Source of the DNA: Trueperaceae bacterium
Lineage (GTDB): Bacteria; Deinococcota; Deinococci; Deinococcales; Trueperaceae
Assembly: GCA_965214405.1 (NCBI GenBank)
Contig: OZ243956.1
Coordinates: 3,424,001-3,488,000, forward strand
Reading direction: 5' to 3'
Length of the DNA stretch: 64,000 nt
The notes under the pieces are model-generated. The model made no database searches and was not told the origin of the DNA. It was given only the letters and a program-made list of their open reading frames with translations. Within the stretch, counting starts at the first letter, position 1. Each line of letters begins with the position of its first letter. This document shows positions 59,592-64,000 of the stretch, one piece after another. Both the position numbers and the translations under genes were made by a program.

Positions 59592-60041
59592 GTGCAAGTA
59601 TCTGAAGGAACCAGCCAACGCTTTATGCACGCCTTTTGGGGACTGCGGCAGGTGATGCTGCGCCGGATCAATCCCAAAATCCGGGAGGCGCACGACCTAG
59701 AGTTTTTGGAGGTTTTGCTGCTCGAGACCATCGGCACCACCGACCTAAGCCCCTCGGAAATCTCGGAAGCGATGCAAATCCCTGCCCACGCGATTTCGCG
59801 CAAGCTCGACGAACTCGAAAAAGCGGGGCTGATAGCGCGCGCTCTCGACCCGAAGGACGCGCGGCGGCGGGTGCTGAGTTTGACCGCTCGAGGCGCAGTG
59901 GTGACGCGCGACGCGCTCCGCACCTTGGACGCGGAGGTTAGCAGGATGCTCGAGCCCCTTCCCCCGGAGGTACAAGAAACGATGATAGCCGCCATTGAAA
60001 CGATGTCACACGGGATGAACTCACCCCAGGAGCCTTTATGA
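59592..60041 (+). CDS. MarR family regulator
   Basis: ISRKLDELEKAGLIAR..DARRRVLSLT.RG motif. Confidence 0.88.
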   Translation: MQVSEGTSQRFMHAFWGLRQVMLRRINPKIREAHDLEFLEVLLLETIGTTDLSPSEISEAMQIPAHAISRKLDELEKAGLIARALDPKDARRRVLSLTARGAVVTRDALRTLDAEVSRMLEPLPPEVQETMIAAIETMSHGMNSPQEPL

Positions 60042-61858
60042 GCCTGTCAAGAAGAGACACGACCTTCACACTTATCGGTATTTTGCTGGCCCTCTTTCTG
60101 GGCGCGATAGACCAGACCATCGTCTCGACGGCGCTGCCCAAAATCGTCGAGGATTTGCAGGGCCTGAGCCGCTACGCCTGGGTCATCACCTCGTATCTCA
60201 TCGCCTCGACCGTGCTCGTGCCCATCTACGGCAAACTGGCGGACATGTATTCGCGCAGGCGCATCGAACTCTGGTCCATCGGGCTTTTTCTGACGGGCTC
60301 TTTTTTGTGCGGGCTCGCGGGCGAGTTCGGCTCGCTGCCCCTAATCGGCGACGGGATGAACCAACTCATCGCCTTTCGGGCGGTTCAGGGCTTGGGCGGC
60401 GCGGGGCTTTTTGCGATGGCGTTTATTATCATCGCCGACCTTTTTCCGCCCTCTGAACGCGGCAAGTATCAGGGGCTGGTGGGGGCCACCTTCGGGATTG
60501 CCAGCGTGCTGGGGCCGCTTATCGGCGGGTTTTTGACCGACTACGGCTCCGGCATCATCCCGGGCGTCGCGGGCTGGCGCTGGGTCTTTTACGTAAACGT
60601 GCCCTTCGGCGCGCTCGCCCTGTGGTTTATCATCACCCGGATGCCGCCCCTGGTGCCGCAGGGGGAGAAAACGGGGCTCGACTTCCTCGCCGCTTTCTTG
60701 CTCGTTATCGGCCTCGTGCCGCTCGTGCTGGCGCTACAGCTCGACAAGACGCAGTACCCTTGGGGGGGTCCGGTCACGCTCTCGCTCTTCGGGGTGGCGG
60801 GAGCCGCGCTCGCGCTCTTCGTGCTGCGCTCGCTGCGGTCCTCCAACCCGATTCTCGACTTAAGGCTCTTCAAAAACAAAGTGTTCAGCACCTCGAGCGT
60901 CGCCCTCCTCTTTTTGGGCGCGGCCTTCTTGAGCACCGTCGCTTTTTTGCCGCTCTTTATGATCAACGTGCTCGGCGTGACCGCGACCGAGGCGGGTTTG
61001 TCGCTCGTGCCGCTCTCGCTGGGCGTGGTGTTTGGCGCGATTGTCTCGGGACAGCTCGTGTCGCGCTTCGGGCACTACCGCGCGCTCATGCTCTTTGGCG
61101 GCGCGGTTTTGCTGGCGGGGGTGTGGCTGCTCTCGAGCATGTCGCCCGACGTTCCCTACTGGCAGGTCACGCTTTACATGGTCGTTTGCGGCTTGGGCGT
61201 CGGCCCCTCGCTGCCCCTCTACACGCTGGCGATTCAGAACGCGGTTGACGTACGCAAGGTGGGCCAGGCTACCTCCGCGAGCCAGTTTTTTAGGCAGATC
61301 GGCGGGGCCGTCGGCACGGCCATCTTGGGGACGGTCTTAGCCACCACGCTCGCCGCGTCTTTTTCGCAGAACATGCCCCAGGAGTTCGCGGGAGCCTTTG
61401 GCGGGGCCGAGGGTGTCGGCGGGGCCGAGAGCCGCCTCGCCTCGACGGGCGGGACCGAAGTCGGTGAGCAGATACGCGCGGCTTTTAACGAACAGTACGA
61501 CGCCATCGCGGGCGCGGTCGAGTCGGGCGACGCGGCGGCGCTTTCTACGGTGCTCGAGAGGAGCCCCCTACCCGCCGTCGCGCAAGCGGGCATCCGGGCG
61601 GGCGCGGCGGGCGTGCGAGGCAACCCGCAGGCCACAGCGGGCTTTTTGGCGGGACTCAAGAGCCAAATCGAGACCCAAGCCAGTACGCTCAGCCAGCAGG
61701 TCGAGCGCGGCATCAGGGTTTCGTTTACCACCGCTATTACGCGAATTTACTTCTACGTCATCTTTATCGTCATCGCAGGCTGGCTCGTGACGCTTTTTAT
61801 TCCCGAGTTGCCGCTTAGGAAGACGCTCGACCGGGCGGAGGCGGTGGCGGCGGATTAG
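60038..61858 (+). CDS. MFS multidrug transporter (DHA2, EmrB/QacA-like)
   Basis: DQTIVSTALP, GKLADMYSRR, LGPLIGG and WRWVFYVNVP motifs. Confidence 0.92.
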   Translation: MSLSRRDTTFTLIGILLALFLGAIDQTIVSTALPKIVEDLQGLSRYAWVITSYLIASTVLVPIYGKLADMYSRRRIELWSIGLFLTGSFLCGLAGEFGSLPLIGDGMNQLIAFRAVQGLGGAGLFAMAFIIIADLFPPSERGKYQGLVGATFGIASVLGPLIGGFLTDYGSGIIPGVAGWRWVFYVNVPFGALALWFIITRMPPLVPQGEKTGLDFLAAFLLVIGLVPLVLALQLDKTQYPWGGPVTLSLFGVAGAALALFVLRSLRSSNPILDLRLFKNKVFSTSSVALLFLGAAFLSTVAFLPLFMINVLGVTATEAGLSLVPLSLGVVFGAIVSGQLVSRFGHYRALMLFGGAVLLAGVWLLSSMSPDVPYWQVTLYMVVCGLGVGPSLPLYTLAIQNAVDVRKVGQATSASQFFRQIGGAVGTAILGTVLATTLAASFSQNMPQEFAGAFGGAEGVGGAESRLASTGGTEVGEQIRAAFNEQYDAIAGAVESGDAAALSTVLERSPLPAVAQAGIRAGAAGVRGNPQATAGFLAGLKSQIETQASTLSQQVERGIRVSFTTAITRIYFYVIFIVIAGWLVTLFIPELPLRKTLDRAEAVAAD

Positions 61859-62341
61859 GAGTTTCAGGCGGGAGGCTCGAGCGCAGGTAGGCTCGAGCCT
61901 CTTCCGCACCGTGCCAGCCCTCATTCTCTCGCACGTTCGGATAGAGACGTCTGAGTTCATCTTGTGTCGCGCTGTTCAACGCAAGAAAGTCTGCGCGTGT
62001 AACAGTTTGCCCTTCAGCGTCCAACGCCACGAGTTTATGGTCGCCGTCATCCCGGTAGAACACACCGCAGACGACACCCAAGAGGACGTCACCGGGCTGA
62101 GGGTTTTGCTGAGTCAGTAACAGAACGTCAAGATGCGGCTCGGGCGGTGTGCCGAGACCGCCGACCCAGCCGTAAGCGCCGCCAAAGCCTCTTTCAAACA
62201 TTAGCGACTTGTGCGGCGTTCGTTCAAACGACCCGCTTGCCCGGTCATAACGGAGGCGGTAGGGCTCACCCTTGGGTTGTTCGACAACGACCCAAACTTT
62301 CTCAGGGAAGTCGGGTGGAGGCTGACGGTCGCAAGGTTCAT
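61815..62341 (-). pseudogene. Inorganic pyrophosphatase-like gene with a 5' frameshift
   Basis: The open frame reads PEKVWVVVEQPKGEPYRLRYD..AYGW..HLDVLLL..PGD..GVF..DGDHKLVA. ATG 62341 is out of frame. Confidence 0.6.
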
Positions 62342-62426
62342 GAGGTCAGGTTACAACGCCAACCAACGTTAATTTTCCTCCAGTTTGCTAAAGTAGGTTT
62401 ATGACGTTCAAGGATTTGGAGAGGCT

Positions 62427-63050
62427 ATGGCAATAGACGCCGTTACGCAAAAGGAGTCTAAGCTCGAGCCTGCCTGGGAGATTGCCCACCTCTTCCCCCT
62501 ACAGGGTGCCTGGAGCAAGGCGGATTACCTCGCCCTGGAAACCAATCACCTGGTCGAGTTCTCCGATGGCAATATAGAAGTGCTGCCCATGCCGAGTGAA
62601 CGTCATCAAGATATCGTTATCTTGCTCGTGGGGTTCCTCAAGTCATTTATCGCCAACAAACCCGTGGGCAAAGTCCTCATTGCCCCCTTCCGCATCCGCC
62701 TCCGCAAAGACAAATACCGCGAGCCCGACGTGATGTTCATGCTGCGCGAGCATAGCGACAGGCGAACCGAAAATTATTGGCACGGCGCGGACCTGGTGAT
62801 GGAGGTCGTTAGCCCCGACGACCCCAGGCGCGACACCGAGGTGAAGTTACGAGAGTACGACCAGGCGAGCATCTCCGAATACTGGCTAGTGAATCCGCTG
62901 ACGGAAAAGACAACAGTCTTCACCCTGGCTGAGGAGAACTACCACGTCCACGGCGAGTTTGCGGCGGGTGAGACGGCGGGGTCTGGGCTGCTTGACGGCT
63001 TTAGGGTCGATGTTGCGGCTGTGTTCGCAGAAGAGGCTGATGGCGCGTAG
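62427..63050 (+). CDS. Uma2 family (PD-(D/E)XK) endonuclease
   Basis: EFSDG, REPDV, DLVMEVVSP, K..EY and EYWLVNP motifs. Confidence 0.9.
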   Translation: MAIDAVTQKESKLEPAWEIAHLFPLQGAWSKADYLALETNHLVEFSDGNIEVLPMPSERHQDIVILLVGFLKSFIANKPVGKVLIAPFRIRLRKDKYREPDVMFMLREHSDRRTENYWHGADLVMEVVSPDDPRRDTEVKLREYDQASISEYWLVNPLTEKTTVFTLAEENYHVHGEFAAGETAGSGLLDGFRVDVAAVFAEEADGA

Positions 63051-63084
63051 CATTGTGCAAAACTGAGGCGGTAGGCGGTGATGC

Positions 63085-63526
63085 TCAAGAAATAACCCCG
63101 TGCGCCATACGCCCCAAAAGCTTCACGACGTAATCGGTCCCTTCCGCCGTGCGCGCGAACTCGAGCGGAGCCTTGCCGCCTAAAGCAATCTTGGGACGCG
63201 ACAACCAACGGCGCTCTCTCTCTGTCTTCGAGATACGCCTCCGCCGCCTCGACCACCCTGGCGAGGCGGTAGACTTGGCTCGACGCCTCGACGGTGAGGG
63301 GCTGTCGCCGCTTTTTGCGCTCAAAAAAGGTGCTGCTCTTGACGCTGGTCAGCTCGAGGAGTTGCGCCACCGACCAGCCTAAATGTGCCGCAAGCTGTTC
63401 AATGCTGCTGGTGGGTAAACCCTGGCTCAGGCGCTCAACCACTTGTAAATCGCTCTGCGCCTCTAACGATAGAATCCGGGTGCCCAGCGGAGGAGGCGGG
63501 GTGCGGATCGGAACAAAAGCTTCCAC
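63085..63526 (-). pseudogene. Xre/MbcA/ParS antitoxin, frameshifted near 63210-63223
   Basis: The N-half (LSQGLP..VYRLARV..LEDRER) and C-half (RRWLSRP..GGKAP..GVIS) are in different frames around a (GA)5 tract. Confidence 0.82.
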
Positions 63527-63617
63527 GGTGATGCTCCAATCTCGGAGCTATTGTACGCCAAAAATAGAGAAAGCCGTACTCTCTGGCTGTGTCAGCTCGG
63601 GTCCGCTCACCCTTCTC

Positions 63618-64000
63618 CTACGCATCAACCTCCGCAACTTCTTTGGCAGGCAGCTTTTTTCCAGGATTCATAATCCCCTTTGGGTCGAGCGTCTCCTTGA
63701 TAGCGCGCATCGTCTCCAAGGCCGCGCCGTGCTCGAGCGCCATATACCTCAATTTCCGAACCCCCACCCCGTGCTCACCCGTCGAGGTGCCGCTCACAGA
63801 GAGGGCGCGTTTGGTCATCTCGCTGCTCACGCGGTCGATACGCGACAGGGCGTCCGCGTCGCCTTTATCAAAAAAGATGGATAGGTGAAAGTTCCCGTCG
63901 CCGACGTGACCGACTAAGTAGGCGTCGAGGCCTGCCCGCTCGCAGCTCTCCAACGCCTCCGTCACCGCCTCGGGCAGCTTGGAGATGGGCACAGCCACGT
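63618..64000 (-). CDS. FAD-linked oxidase (GlcD/D-lactate dehydrogenase-like), C-terminal part
   Basis: GHVGDGNFH, GEHGVG and DPKGIMNPGK motifs. Confidence 0.9.
   Translation of the reverse strand, partial: VAVPISKLPEAVTEALESCERAGLDAYLVGHVGDGNFHLSIFFDKGDADALSRIDRVSSEMTKRALSVSGTSTGEHGVGVRKLRYMALEHGAALETMRAIKETLDPKGIMNPGKKLPAKEVAEVDA

Noticed and set aside
59414..59995. N-terminal 194-aa extension of the M16-like ORF
   Set aside because: Antisense to marR. A TATACT box supports a start at 59413.
1..64000. tRNA, rRNA, integron integrase or prophage genes
   Set aside because: None recognised by eye. An integrase elsewhere in the genome cannot be excluded.

Overview
GC-rich bacterial chromosome segment. 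It is probably from Deinococcota (Truepera-like), inferred from gene content, frequent leaderless promoters and SLH/Lpt genes. The housekeeping backbone is otsA/otsB, bioY, tkt, a GH13 enzyme, lysS, greA, a lytic transglycosylase, yebC, nnrE, rel, lptA/lptD/lptF-G-like genes, an M16 peptidase pair and marR-MFS. A Wzx/Wzy polysaccharide locus sits next to an O-antigen-ligase, TPR and SLH-collagen cluster, and there is a 1405-aa repeat lipoprotein. Small accessory inserts lie between these genes: two copies of a 920-bp IS5-family element, three RES-Xre toxin-antitoxin loci (each broken differently), DUF433/DUF5615, a decayed HEPN-MNT pair, AbrB/Doc, an OLD-like ATPase-TOPRIM gene and Uma2. The best signals not shown by the ORF track are: (1) a three-attC integron-like cassette array with no integrase in the window (11430-12716), carrying a TA pair and a small alarmone hydrolase and ending on the lysS stop codon; (2) a ~160-nt structured RNA candidate (4470-4634) with a 14-nt complement to the 16S rRNA 3' end; (3) strong HIP-like over-representation of CTCGAG; (4) a duplicated gene 3' end flanking the Doc module. 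All calls come from reading the sequence; no database searches were run.
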